A DNA stretch of 32,000 nt from Candidatus Hermodarchaeota archaeon (GTDB lineage: Archaea; Asgardarchaeota; Heimdallarchaeia; Hodarchaeales; Hodarchaeaceae), in the NCBI GenBank assembly GCA_048886185.1, contig JBHLKY010000003.1:120595-152594 (forward strand), in the 5' to 3' direction. How positions within the stretch are numbered: position 1 is the first letter of the stretch; each line of letters starts with the position of its first letter. The position numbers and the translations under genes were made by a program. The notes beneath the pieces were generated by a model. That model saw nothing but the letters and a program-made list of their open reading frames with translations, made no database searches and was not told the origin of the DNA. Positions 17,185 through 26,474 of this stretch are shown piece after piece.

Positions 17185-17298
17185 TAGCCCCGCTCAGATT
17201 CGAACTGAGGTCACGAGGACTTTTCATAAATCTCATATCTTAATAATATTAGAATTTATACCAAAACCTCGCATGATGGTCCGCTACACTACGGGGCT
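17185..17298 (-). tRNA. tRNA-Gln(TTG) with 41-nt intron at 37/38 (17220-17260); CCA not encoded
   Basis: Acceptor AGCCCCG/CGGGGCT (A1-U72, archaeal Gln feature), anticodon stem CGAGG/CCTCG, T arm CTCAG-TTCGAAT-CTGAG, clean BHB. Confidence 0.93.
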
Positions 17299-17534
17299 GA
17301 AACGCTCTGAATAGCACACATGACATTGATAGCTAACACAGGGCAGACGATCTCACAAGCTCGACATTCGAAGCATAATTCAGGATTTACAACTTTAATG
17401 AATTTTTTGGATCCACTTGAGTCAGGTTGTTCTTGAATTAGAATCTCTGCTGGACAACTTTTGATACATTTTAAACATCGAATACAAAGGCTTTGATTGA
17501 CTATAATCTTCCGATCTATAGTATTCCACCTCAT
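17289..17534 (-). CDS. 2[4Fe-4S] ferredoxin
   Basis: CIRCLKCIKSCP and CFECRACEIVCP. Confidence 0.92.
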   Translation of the reverse strand: MRWNTIDRKIIVNQSLCIRCLKCIKSCPAEILIQEQPDSSGSKKFIKVVNPELCFECRACEIVCPVLAINVMCAIQSVSAP

Positions 17535-19603
17535 TTTGTAAGTAAAGCGCGTAATTCAATCAAAACCTTATCAACTTCATTATTTGTTTTACGGAGCTGT
17601 TTGTCATAGTTTATTTTTAGTTTAGCGTATGCTTCCTTCCCGATTCTTCCTTTAGTTTTCTTCTGTTCGAGTGATTCTATATTTTGTAAAATATCCTCAC
17701 GATTAGCTTCGGCAACTTCAATAGATCTCATCGATATTCTATATCGTGTTCCTTCTTCAGCTAGTTTTTGTGATATGGATACAATTGAACGATCTATTCC
17801 TTGTTGCCGATTTCTTAATATAATTCTGGTCTGTTCGTACTCTCGTGCACTTATGTTTCTTGATTTCCTCTTTTTATCCAATCTCAGTATTTGTTCTCTA
17901 ATTGCAGTTTTTTCTTCATAAGCCTTAACAAATTCTTTGATTAAATCTAGGGGGATTTCTTCAAAAGTAATTCGTTTAGGTTTAAAACCAAATGAAAAAT
18001 TTCGAATCAATGCATAAGTTATTCCTAAGGCTAAGAACAGAATGAAAATAGATAATGGGGTTTGAACGAAGAAGATGAAATTTATACCAAATTCAATATT
18101 GATGTATCGATTACTTAGAGGGGTTAGTTGTTCAAAAACAAGTTTTAAACCTGTTTTGTCGAAGATTCCGAGTAATTCGTTTGTACGAATTGAGGAATTG
18201 TAGGTCGAATCTCTTAAAATTTTGCTTTCAATGTTATTTATAATACCTGTTAAATTGTATCTCGAACCAGATGGTAGTAATAAATTCAATTCGAATCTTT
18301 GAACTGTCCAATTAAAGCTCATGGATAATGGGATTTGTAATTTGATTTTACCCCCTCCTAGGTCTCTTATGATGTCTGGAAAATGCTCTCTATAAGATAA
18401 ATAAAGATTATATTTTGAATTTTGTTCTATCTCGACTCTAGGGGTGATTGCTACAATCTTTTTATTTATTACAGGGTCAGTAGACACTGTTGGTGTGAGA
18501 TTACCATAGTTATCACGTAATCCAATTTTTCTAGCAGTACTGGGTAATTGACAGGTGATTGTAGGAAATAGAGATCCTCCAAGAGATGTGGAAAGTGAGG
18601 ATCCTGATTTTATTCCACTATTTTGGAGCTCAAATTTGTGACTTGTAGTAACATATCCCCATTCTGACACTGTAACCACAGATTTTAATTCTGTGAACTC
18701 TATTTTTGTGTATGAACTTTGATAATATTCAAATGAGAGATAAGCGGAGAAATTTGAATGTGTATCTAAACTAGGAGTATAGGCAGGGATAAAATTTCGG
18801 TTTTCAAGTTCTGTAAGGTTATACATTCCATACTTTGTTTCATTCAGTAAAGATCTATCAATAGTTGCCAGATTGGTGATATTAGTAAAAGTTAAGCCAT
18901 AAGAGGAATTTCCTGAAAATTTTCCTTGATAATAATTTTCAGTTGGTTGAATAGAATCGTTATTCACTTTCACATTGATATCTTGGCCTACTTTCCATTC
19001 GAGTTCATAATATGTAATTGGAAGAGATATTAATGGCAGAAAACTGAGATTAAAGCGATAGGGATATGCTGTTTCTTCGAGTTCAGCTCCTTTATTGAAT
19101 GATACTGCATTAAGATGATCCATCTCGATAATTATTGTTATCTCTTCATTTTGTTCTACCAATGGAGTCTTGATTACTAATAAAATGGAATTATTTTTCT
19201 TAATTTGAGCTAAAACCATAGACTCTGAATCAGTCTTGTTTGGAGAATGAATTCTCCAATACTTTGTATCCATGAATTCATGAGATGGGATAGTATAATT
19301 AAACGCATTTATAGGTTCTGTTGCATAATTATATAGATGAATCTCTGTCCGAGAAGTAGTATAGCCATATTGGTTGGCTGTGATTACACGACTTACATTT
19401 ATCTGGTGGCTTGTGTTTGTAAACTCAGAAGGTTCAAAAAAATTTAGTGAAGTGAAATCGTCCTGTTCTGTGCCAATTTGGTAATAATTCTCTCTTGACA
19501 GAGAGACTCCATTGCCAATATTGGAATTAATTAGGATAAAGACAGTAGAAACTATTATGACGATAAGAAAAATGTGCAAATATGATCCTAGTTTCCTTTT
19601 CAT
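17531..19603 (-). CDS. Ribophorin I (Ost1/RPN1) homologue
   Basis: Signal peptide, two repeated luminal domains (ITANQYGY / VTVSEWGYV), one TM, long helical cytosolic tail. Confidence 0.85.
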   Translation of the reverse strand: MKRKLGSYLHIFLIVIIVSTVFILINSNIGNGVSLSRENYYQIGTEQDDFTSLNFFEPSEFTNTSHQINVSRVITANQYGYTTSRTEIHLYNYATEPINAFNYTIPSHEFMDTKYWRIHSPNKTDSESMVLAQIKKNNSILLVIKTPLVEQNEEITIIIEMDHLNAVSFNKGAELEETAYPYRFNLSFLPLISLPITYYELEWKVGQDINVKVNNDSIQPTENYYQGKFSGNSSYGLTFTNITNLATIDRSLLNETKYGMYNLTELENRNFIPAYTPSLDTHSNFSAYLSFEYYQSSYTKIEFTELKSVVTVSEWGYVTTSHKFELQNSGIKSGSSLSTSLGGSLFPTITCQLPSTARKIGLRDNYGNLTPTVSTDPVINKKIVAITPRVEIEQNSKYNLYLSYREHFPDIIRDLGGGKIKLQIPLSMSFNWTVQRFELNLLLPSGSRYNLTGIINNIESKILRDSTYNSSIRTNELLGIFDKTGLKLVFEQLTPLSNRYINIEFGINFIFFVQTPLSIFILFLALGITYALIRNFSFGFKPKRITFEEIPLDLIKEFVKAYEEKTAIREQILRLDKKRKSRNISAREYEQTRIILRNRQQGIDRSIVSISQKLAEEGTRYRISMRSIEVAEANREDILQNIESLEQKKTKGRIGKEAYAKLKINYDKQLRKTNNEVDKVLIELRALLTK

Positions 19604-20137
19604 CTATATATGCTCCTTTGATTTAATTATAATAGGACTAGCACTGTTAGCGTTGATTAAAAGATTGATATTCTGATAATCCACTTGAACTTACAAATTA
19701 TGGCTGACACGGTCTCGTTTTCCACAGTATAAAATATTTTATCCTTTTCTGAAAAGCTCTATAACAAAAATTTCATTAGCTTAAGGGCCTCTTGAGATTA
19801 ATGAAACACCAATAATTGTAAATTTTCTTCAGGTTACAATACTCTTGAATCAATAATTGGAACCTTAAACGTTGCAAAAAATATGGCGAAATTTAAACTC
19901 GATCAATATCTCTTCACTTCCTAACTCCAGATTTCCATATCTTTCTTGGGTAATGTTATGAAATAAAGAATTTTAACAAGAATTAGAAAGAATGATTTGT
20001 GACTAAATCAATAAAAAATGAAAATAATGTCGAATATACAGATTAAGTGGCCCCTTAATTGCCAGAAGATCTAATAATACCACAAACCTGAGTCCCTATA
20101 TATTAGTAATGTTCATTTGATATTGGAGGTACGATAT

Positions 20138-21643
20138 ATGACATCTAGGTTTCTTCAAGTTGTTCGGCCGTTTATGTCAATAACACCAGAAGTCGTTAAA
20201 CCAACTCGTGAGGTTCATTTCAATGAAAAAGTAGTCTGGACATTTGTTGCTCTGGTCATTTACTTTGTAATGGCATCAACTCCAATCATTGGCGCTGATT
20301 TAGGAGAAGGTGACCCTTTTGCATTTATGCGTACAATAACAGCCTCAACTCAGGGATCATTAGCTGAACTTGGTATTGGCCCAATAGTAACCGCGGGACT
20401 CATTATGCAAATCTTAGTGGGGTCTAAAATTATTTCTGTAAATATGGGAGATCCAGAGGAAAGATCTCTTTATACTGGCGCACAAAAAGTCATGTCAGTT
20501 GTGATGACAATCATTGAGGCTAGTGCATTTCTAATTGGGGGAACTTATGGAACTGATCTTAACCTCGAGACTCAATTGGCTATCATTGCTCAATTATTAG
20601 CAGCTGGAATCATCATCATTCTTCTTGACGAAATGATTCAGAAAGGCTGGGGTTTAGGATCAGGAATCTCTCTTTTCATTGCAGGTGGTGTTGGGTTACA
20701 AATTTTTCAAGGATTATTTGCAGCTCAACCTTTTATTGAAGGTCCTAGTGATGAATCCGTAACATCGTATAGGGGTATTGTTCTTGCATTTATTGCATGG
20801 ACAACAACGCGAGGACCAATTGAAACATTCGGAGCTCTATTTTTCCGATACAGTCCAGCTGAAAATGTGAATTTACCGTCCCTCTCACTCCTTTCGGTCA
20901 TTGCTACCGTAGTAGTTTTTATTATTGTAATTTATTTTGAGTCTATGCGTATTGAAATTCCGATTTCTTATGCACAGTATAAAGGTATTCGTTCAACATA
21001 TCCTATAAAGCTGCTATATGTTTCGAACATCCCTGTTATATTAACATCCGCTGTATTTGCTGACATTTACTTTATTGCCCAGATGATATGGAATGCTTCG
21101 GGGGGAACAAATACATCTAATCCTTTAGCTTTATTACTAGGCCAATTCAGGATTGATGAAGCCTCTCAACAGTACGTTCCAACATCAGGTCTTGTTTACT
21201 TTTTAACTCCTCCGCGATCCTTAATTGGTGATCTTGGGGTTATAAATCCTGCAAATCCAATAGAGTCCATTGTTCGTGCTCTAATATATGCAGTAATTTT
21301 GATTATTCTTTCAGTCATATTTTCGGTTATGTGGCTAGAAACTGCAGGAATGGGTCCTCGTGACGTTGCAAACCAATTCCTACAATCGGGAATGCAGATG
21401 CCAGGTTGGCGACGAAGTAAAAAGATTGTTGAACGACGGTTAGAAATGTATATTCCTACCATAGCAGTAATTGGTGGTTTATTCATTGGTTCTCTAGCAG
21501 CTTTTGCTGATTTCCTTGGAGCAATAGGTTCTGGTATGGGAATACTACTCTCGGTCAGTATTATGAGGCAGTATTTCGAATTGATCAGCAAAGAAAGAGT
21601 TGCTGAAATGAATCCTGCTTTACGTGGTTTTCTAGGAATTTAA
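20138..21643 (+). CDS. secY: Preprotein translocase SecY / Sec61alpha
   Basis: SLAELGIGPIVTAGLIMQ, LLDEMIQKGWGLGSGISLFIA, YPIKLLYVSNIPVIL, GSGMGILL. ATG 20138 follows a GGAGGT SD. Confidence 0.98.
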   Translation: MTSRFLQVVRPFMSITPEVVKPTREVHFNEKVVWTFVALVIYFVMASTPIIGADLGEGDPFAFMRTITASTQGSLAELGIGPIVTAGLIMQILVGSKIISVNMGDPEERSLYTGAQKVMSVVMTIIEASAFLIGGTYGTDLNLETQLAIIAQLLAAGIIIILLDEMIQKGWGLGSGISLFIAGGVGLQIFQGLFAAQPFIEGPSDESVTSYRGIVLAFIAWTTTRGPIETFGALFFRYSPAENVNLPSLSLLSVIATVVVFIIVIYFESMRIEIPISYAQYKGIRSTYPIKLLYVSNIPVILTSAVFADIYFIAQMIWNASGGTNTSNPLALLLGQFRIDEASQQYVPTSGLVYFLTPPRSLIGDLGVINPANPIESIVRALIYAVILIILSVIFSVMWLETAGMGPRDVANQFLQSGMQMPGWRRSKKIVERRLEMYIPTIAVIGGLFIGSLAAFADFLGAIGSGMGILLSVSIMRQYFELISKERVAEMNPALRGFLGI

Positions 21644-21649
21644 AAGAGT

Positions 21650-22429
21650 CTATTTATTGACGGGAGTTATTTGTATTCGATCACCTGGAGTAATATCTAA
21701 GAGTTCTGAAGCTTTACCATTACGAAGAGCGATTTCCATTGTTTCATAGCTATTTACAATAAGAAAAGGTTTATCAGTAGACCCTTCAACATAAGACTTC
21801 TTAAAACATACATTAAGATTAGTTCTGTTTGTTGATACCCGACACTCTGCATCATGTTTCAGATTTAGCGAGCTAGGGACATTAGTTATAATATTACCAA
21901 AATGATCAATGTATATTACCTCCCCTGTAGATGTTCCAGAATCCCAAAGGAATCTTAGAGGGACTTGAAGGATACTTGGAGGGCCTAACTCCATTAATAA
22001 ATATGTTTGACTAAGTTTTGCAGCCGCGGGAGCGAATACATCCCTTCCATGAAAAGTATGGGAAACCTCTTTGAATATTGGCAGCTCAACAATCATCACA
22101 TCTTTTATATTCTCAATGATAGGTGCAAGGATACCGTTATCAGGCCCAATGAAGTAGTACTTCTCTGTTTGGACGCCTATGGCTTTTCTGGCCCCACCCA
22201 CTCCGGGATCTACCACAATTAAAAAGATAGTATTGACTGGAAAATATTTATAGGATTTCATTAGAATAAAAGCCCCCTGTCGAATGTTATGGTTTTGGAT
22301 ATGATTAGTAAGAGAAATAATATTCACAAACGGATTTATTTGAAGTATTCGACCTTTCATTATACCAGTAAAAGCATCATTCCCAAAATCTGTCATTAAT
22401 ACAATGAGAGGGATTCTATCTGAATTCAC
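21650..22429 (-). CDS. SAM hydroxide adenosyltransferase (DUF62, chlorinase/fluorinase family)
   Basis: LMTDFG, VVDPGVG, TFHGRDVFAPAAA, YIDHFGNIITN. Confidence 0.93.
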   Translation of the reverse strand: MNSDRIPLIVLMTDFGNDAFTGIMKGRILQINPFVNIISLTNHIQNHNIRQGAFILMKSYKYFPVNTIFLIVVDPGVGGARKAIGVQTEKYYFIGPDNGILAPIIENIKDVMIVELPIFKEVSHTFHGRDVFAPAAAKLSQTYLLMELGPPSILQVPLRFLWDSGTSTGEVIYIDHFGNIITNVPSSLNLKHDAECRVSTNRTNLNVCFKKSYVEGSTDKPFLIVNSYETMEIALRNGKASELLDITPGDRIQITPVNK

Positions 22430-22493
22430 GTTATAACCACACCTGCTTCCATCTTGAGTAGAGACAGTCTAATAAAAATTAAGAAAAACTCTG

Positions 22494-23864
22494 TTAATAT
22501 GATTTATCGATAGGTATAATTTCAGGATTTTTAGCAGCTATTAATGATACAATTCCCAAACAACTTATTAAAAATAAAAACATGAGAGTTCCTATAAAAC
22601 TAGCGGACTCAAGAATGATTCCAATCATTCCAAATCCAATTAATGAGAGAAGCAAATTAATTGTGTTAAAGAGCGACTCCTGTGAGCTTCTACATTTAGA
22701 TGAAGTAATCTTAAGATAGAGTTGCCAGTATAGACCCGTTGCAAGTCCACTTAAAATAATTTTAAAAAGGAATATTAAGATTATAAGACTTAACTGGATG
22801 TAAGTGGGGAGATTACATATCAAAACTAACAAATAAGCCATCCATACAACTGGATAATCCAGAATATAAAAAATTAAGATTCCTTTATAGGATGATTGAA
22901 TAAAGGAGGTTACTTTTCCCGAAAAACGACTAGAAATTGCAAATAATACATTTGAGAGAGAATGGGTTAAAGTAATTAATATAATAGAGAGATCTGTATA
23001 TCGAATGATAAATTCATTTCGATTAAAAGGGTGAATAGATGAATTAATTTGATATAAAAGCGGAGAAAAAACAAGAGTGCTAAACGAAACCGATGTAAAG
23101 CTTAAAAGTGAAAAACTTATGAAAAATGGGATAACTGAGTAATAATTCTTTCTTAAGCTAGTTCTGAGTAAGACCAATTTAGAATGACTACATTCAAACC
23201 TTTTTGAGAGAGATTTTGTAGAACTTACATTCTTCAGAGCTACTGGTGTTGAAATTAGTTTTAGCCCCAATATTACTCCCAAAGCAGCGACAATAGCCTG
23301 AATTAGGAAAATAAATTGAGGTAAGATTCCATCCTGTCTGAGTAAAATTCCTCCTATGAATGTAATAATGGCTATAAAAATAGATTTAGCAAAACTGACA
23401 TTTCCCATTATATTTCGGAATAATAAGCCAGTTTCAGGATATTTTGCAGCAGCAGATTCCCAGGAATTTAGAAACCAAGAGATGAAAGACCCCGATAATA
23501 GAGCTGAATAAATTCCGACTAAAATTTCCAACAAAACTAGTTCAATGGGATGATTCACAAGAATCAATCCAAAATAATAAATCATCAAACATAAAAATGC
23601 ACCACTAAACGCTGTTCTTTGCCCAAAACGATCTGTCAAGATGCCAAGAGGTACATCAAGGATTGCTCCAAAAAACATACCAATAGCTACTATAATACTG
23701 AAAGTGCTGAAAGAATTCAAGATAGAAAGGTAATAAAGAGAAATCCAAGAATAACTAAGATATATTCCAGTAACCACTCCTTCCAAACAAAAAAATCTTA
23801 AGCTTAAACTCTGTAATTCTCTTGGAAATGTTGAAATGCCAAGAAGACTATGGATGAATGCCAT
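22494..23864 (-). CDS. MFS transporter
   Basis: About 12 TMs; motif A-like DVPLGILTDRFGQR. Confidence 0.85.
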   Translation of the reverse strand: MAFIHSLLGISTFPRELQSLSLRFFCLEGVVTGIYLSYSWISLYYLSILNSFSTFSIIVAIGMFFGAILDVPLGILTDRFGQRTAFSGAFLCLMIYYFGLILVNHPIELVLLEILVGIYSALLSGSFISWFLNSWESAAAKYPETGLLFRNIMGNVSFAKSIFIAIITFIGGILLRQDGILPQFIFLIQAIVAALGVILGLKLISTPVALKNVSSTKSLSKRFECSHSKLVLLRTSLRKNYYSVIPFFISFSLLSFTSVSFSTLVFSPLLYQINSSIHPFNRNEFIIRYTDLSIILITLTHSLSNVLFAISSRFSGKVTSFIQSSYKGILIFYILDYPVVWMAYLLVLICNLPTYIQLSLIILIFLFKIILSGLATGLYWQLYLKITSSKCRSSQESLFNTINLLLSLIGFGMIGIILESASFIGTLMFLFLISCLGIVSLIAAKNPEIIPIDKSY

Positions 23865-23912
23865 CTTTATCCCTCTATTTAGAAAATTTTTAAATCTGAG
23901 AATCTGCTTATA

Positions 23913-25301
23913 TCAATTCACAGGCGAAACATTCTTAGCAACACTTGCTATAGTGGAGAAATTTACAATGGGGAAATTCTGTGAATTTATTTCCCCTCCT
24001 GAGATAATGACTAAGTAAGGGACATTCTTGAGATGCTTTTCATATTGGTCTACAAAATGATCAAATTTATCACCAACTATCATTGCCCTATTAGCGCAGT
24101 CAAAAAATAAAGCAAACATTGTATTTTCAGTGATTATGTCAGATAACGTTCTATTTAGCAATTCCTCAATTGTTACGACACTTTGATCACAAATATATGC
24201 TTGATAAGAGGATGGGTCCTTAGAAATTAATTTTCTGGCAATCTGACTGGGTGCCGTGATAAGAGCATGCTTAAGATTTGGATTAATAGCTAGTGCATAT
24301 AAATTTTGGTTCCGTTCTTTGTCAATGATACACAGTGGTCTGAAAGGATGATAGTAAAAGTATTTTTGAGTGCACTGCTCAAATACATCAGGTGTTTTTT
24401 CCATATCATATAGTTCCAACAAAGCATCAGCTCCCCATTTTCCACGGATTCGTGGAATAAACCCACCATCAAGATAACTATCGATATCAAAGCTCTTATG
24501 AGGGATGATACTTGCTCCAGAACTAGTTCTGCTCTCAAATCGAAGACTCGGTGAACTTATTGATACATATGACAATGAGTCTTTGTACGCTTTATAGTTG
24601 TGGAATTGGTATGCTTTCTCCATAGTTAAGGGATCTGCCCCAAAACTACCTGTGTAGTGGATTCCTTTTCTATAGAGTTGTGTAAAAAGAGGCCAAGTAC
24701 AGGAGTATGATATTCCAATTCCTGCGAAATCCATTGATACTCCAGCTAATTTTCCAATGACTTTTGGTAAGACCGGAAATTTTCGCCAAATTCTGTTGTT
24801 AAGTATAAAAAATGGATTTAATCCTTCAAGACGATGATTTAGCAAATCAACTATAAATTTAGGAAATCCAATCCCTGGGGGAAAGAAAATGTGAGTAGTG
24901 TTTGAATGCCTTTTTTTTTCTTCTTGAACAGTTTTTTCACATTTTTTGACAACTTTTGATGTTTTAAAACGTGTTCCGATCCGAAACCGCTTTATAATAT
25001 TATTTTGGGCCGAAACTCCTTCTAAAAGCATTAATGCTGCTCCTTTCAATCCATAGTCATCATTATTTGCAAAGCCAATACCTGAACATCCTGATAAGGG
25101 AATCTCTTTGTATTCTTCTTTTATTACTTCCATAGCTTTGTTGTAAGTTTTAACCCCTCCAGTGTGTGAGCCAGTAAAATACAGTATAAGCGATGGATGC
25201 GTTTTTAATCTTGATTGGGCTTGTTCCAGAGCTTTAATTGTAGCTTGGATTAAATCATGATCTACATTAAGACCAGTTGCAGCATTAATCATATTAGTCA
25301 C
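23913..25301 (-). CDS. FIST-domain signal-transduction protein
   Basis: IPLSGCSGIG (FIST_N); FFDCANR and ISGGEI (FIST_C). Confidence 0.8.
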   Translation of the reverse strand: MTNMINAATGLNVDHDLIQATIKALEQAQSRLKTHPSLILYFTGSHTGGVKTYNKAMEVIKEEYKEIPLSGCSGIGFANNDDYGLKGAALMLLEGVSAQNNIIKRFRIGTRFKTSKVVKKCEKTVQEEKKRHSNTTHIFFPPGIGFPKFIVDLLNHRLEGLNPFFILNNRIWRKFPVLPKVIGKLAGVSMDFAGIGISYSCTWPLFTQLYRKGIHYTGSFGADPLTMEKAYQFHNYKAYKDSLSYVSISSPSLRFESRTSSGASIIPHKSFDIDSYLDGGFIPRIRGKWGADALLELYDMEKTPDVFEQCTQKYFYYHPFRPLCIIDKERNQNLYALAINPNLKHALITAPSQIARKLISKDPSSYQAYICDQSVVTIEELLNRTLSDIITENTMFALFFDCANRAMIVGDKFDHFVDQYEKHLKNVPYLVIISGGEINSQNFPIVNFSTIASVAKNVSPVN

Positions 25302-25767
25302 CTAACGATTTCTTTCTATCAATAATCCATCCTAACCGTTTTGCGGTCCTACTCATCTCAATTTCCATTAATCCAGAATTAGCTGTTGAGGTTAGGAGAG
25401 TAACTAAGATAGCTGAATTTCCAGCACAGTAAAAGTAAACTGGGATTCTATTTTTAGACCTAATTTCTTTGTCATATTTAACAGACCTCGACCCTCGTTG
25501 AAGTTCTTCCATTGTCTTAGAAATAATATTTTTTACCCAGCTGATAACAATCAGGAGATCCTGAGAAGCCTCATTACAATAACTAGAGTGTAAGACTCGC
25601 CCATCAAGTCGAAATAGTATTGTAGCCTGTACATCTGCAAATTCGGCCAAATATTTTAGTTCTTTTTTAATTGAAGTAATAACTGATGATATATTATTGG
25701 TTGAGGGAAGAGGATCAATCGCTTGCGATATCATATACAACCAATCCTTTATTTTTCTCAAAACCAA
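25294..25767 (-). CDS. Roadblock/LC7 (MglB/LAMTOR-like) protein
   Basis: ILFRLDGRVLHS...AGNSAILVTL...GLMEIEMSRTAKRL. The start may be ATG 25734. Confidence 0.8.
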   Translation of the reverse strand: MVLRKIKDWLYMISQAIDPLPSTNNISSVITSIKKELKYLAEFADVQATILFRLDGRVLHSSYCNEASQDLLIVISWVKNIISKTMEELQRGSRSVKYDKEIRSKNRIPVYFYCAGNSAILVTLLTSTANSGLMEIEMSRTAKRLGWIIDRKKSLGD

Positions 25768-26464
25768 TGGGTTGAGGCATTTCTGAATGAGCTGATCCTC
25801 TAAACTTACGTATACTTAGAGTTCTGCTATAAATTCCACCCAATCCAATATGTTCAAGTTCTATGATTGAATCAGAGAGGAAAAGGGGAATTCTAGCAAG
25901 TGCTTGGCCAAATCCTTTTTCGATTGTCACAACTGAAGTTCCAATTTTCCTTAATGAAGAAAAGATACGGTTTATTACATTTCTTTGTTGGTTTGGTTCA
26001 GATATTTCAAGGAGTAATGGAGTGAGAGGATCAATTGCTATTCGGATCCCCCCATAGAATCCTTCAGACGTTTCCTTAATAATTTCCAGATACTTTGGTA
26101 GCTCTGACATGAAGAATCGTAATGCAATCTCACCTGAGGTTAAGTCTGAATCTTCAGAGAACGCAACTTGGAATTGTAGATTCCCTCGTTTGTATTTCTC
26201 CTCGAATTTTAACAAACCAATTTCATTACAATCTTGGAGGACTGAATGAAGATTTTGTTCGAGAGAGACATATAGGGCAGGTGATTGAAGATCCTCGGTG
26301 CAAAATTGCCAACAGAATGTTGATTTCCCGCATCCAGGATCAGCAATAATAACGTTTACTGAATTTTTCCGAAATCCACCAAAAACTAGATTGTCAAAAC
26401 CAAGGACACCACTTATTATTCGCTTATTTTCTTGTTTTTGCATCTTTCTTAATAATTTTTGCAT
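25715..26464 (-). CDS. Single-domain KaiC/RAD55-family ATPase
   Basis: ISGVLGFD..GG, DPGCGKS, YVSLEQ, IAID, RTLSIRKFRGSAHS. Confidence 0.9.
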   Translation of the reverse strand: MQKLLRKMQKQENKRIISGVLGFDNLVFGGFRKNSVNVIIADPGCGKSTFCWQFCTEDLQSPALYVSLEQNLHSVLQDCNEIGLLKFEEKYKRGNLQFQVAFSEDSDLTSGEIALRFFMSELPKYLEIIKETSEGFYGGIRIAIDPLTPLLLEISEPNQQRNVINRIFSSLRKIGTSVVTIEKGFGQALARIPLFLSDSIIELEHIGLGGIYSRTLSIRKFRGSAHSEMPQPIGFEKNKGLVVYDIASD

Positions 26465-26474
26465 TTAAACCACC

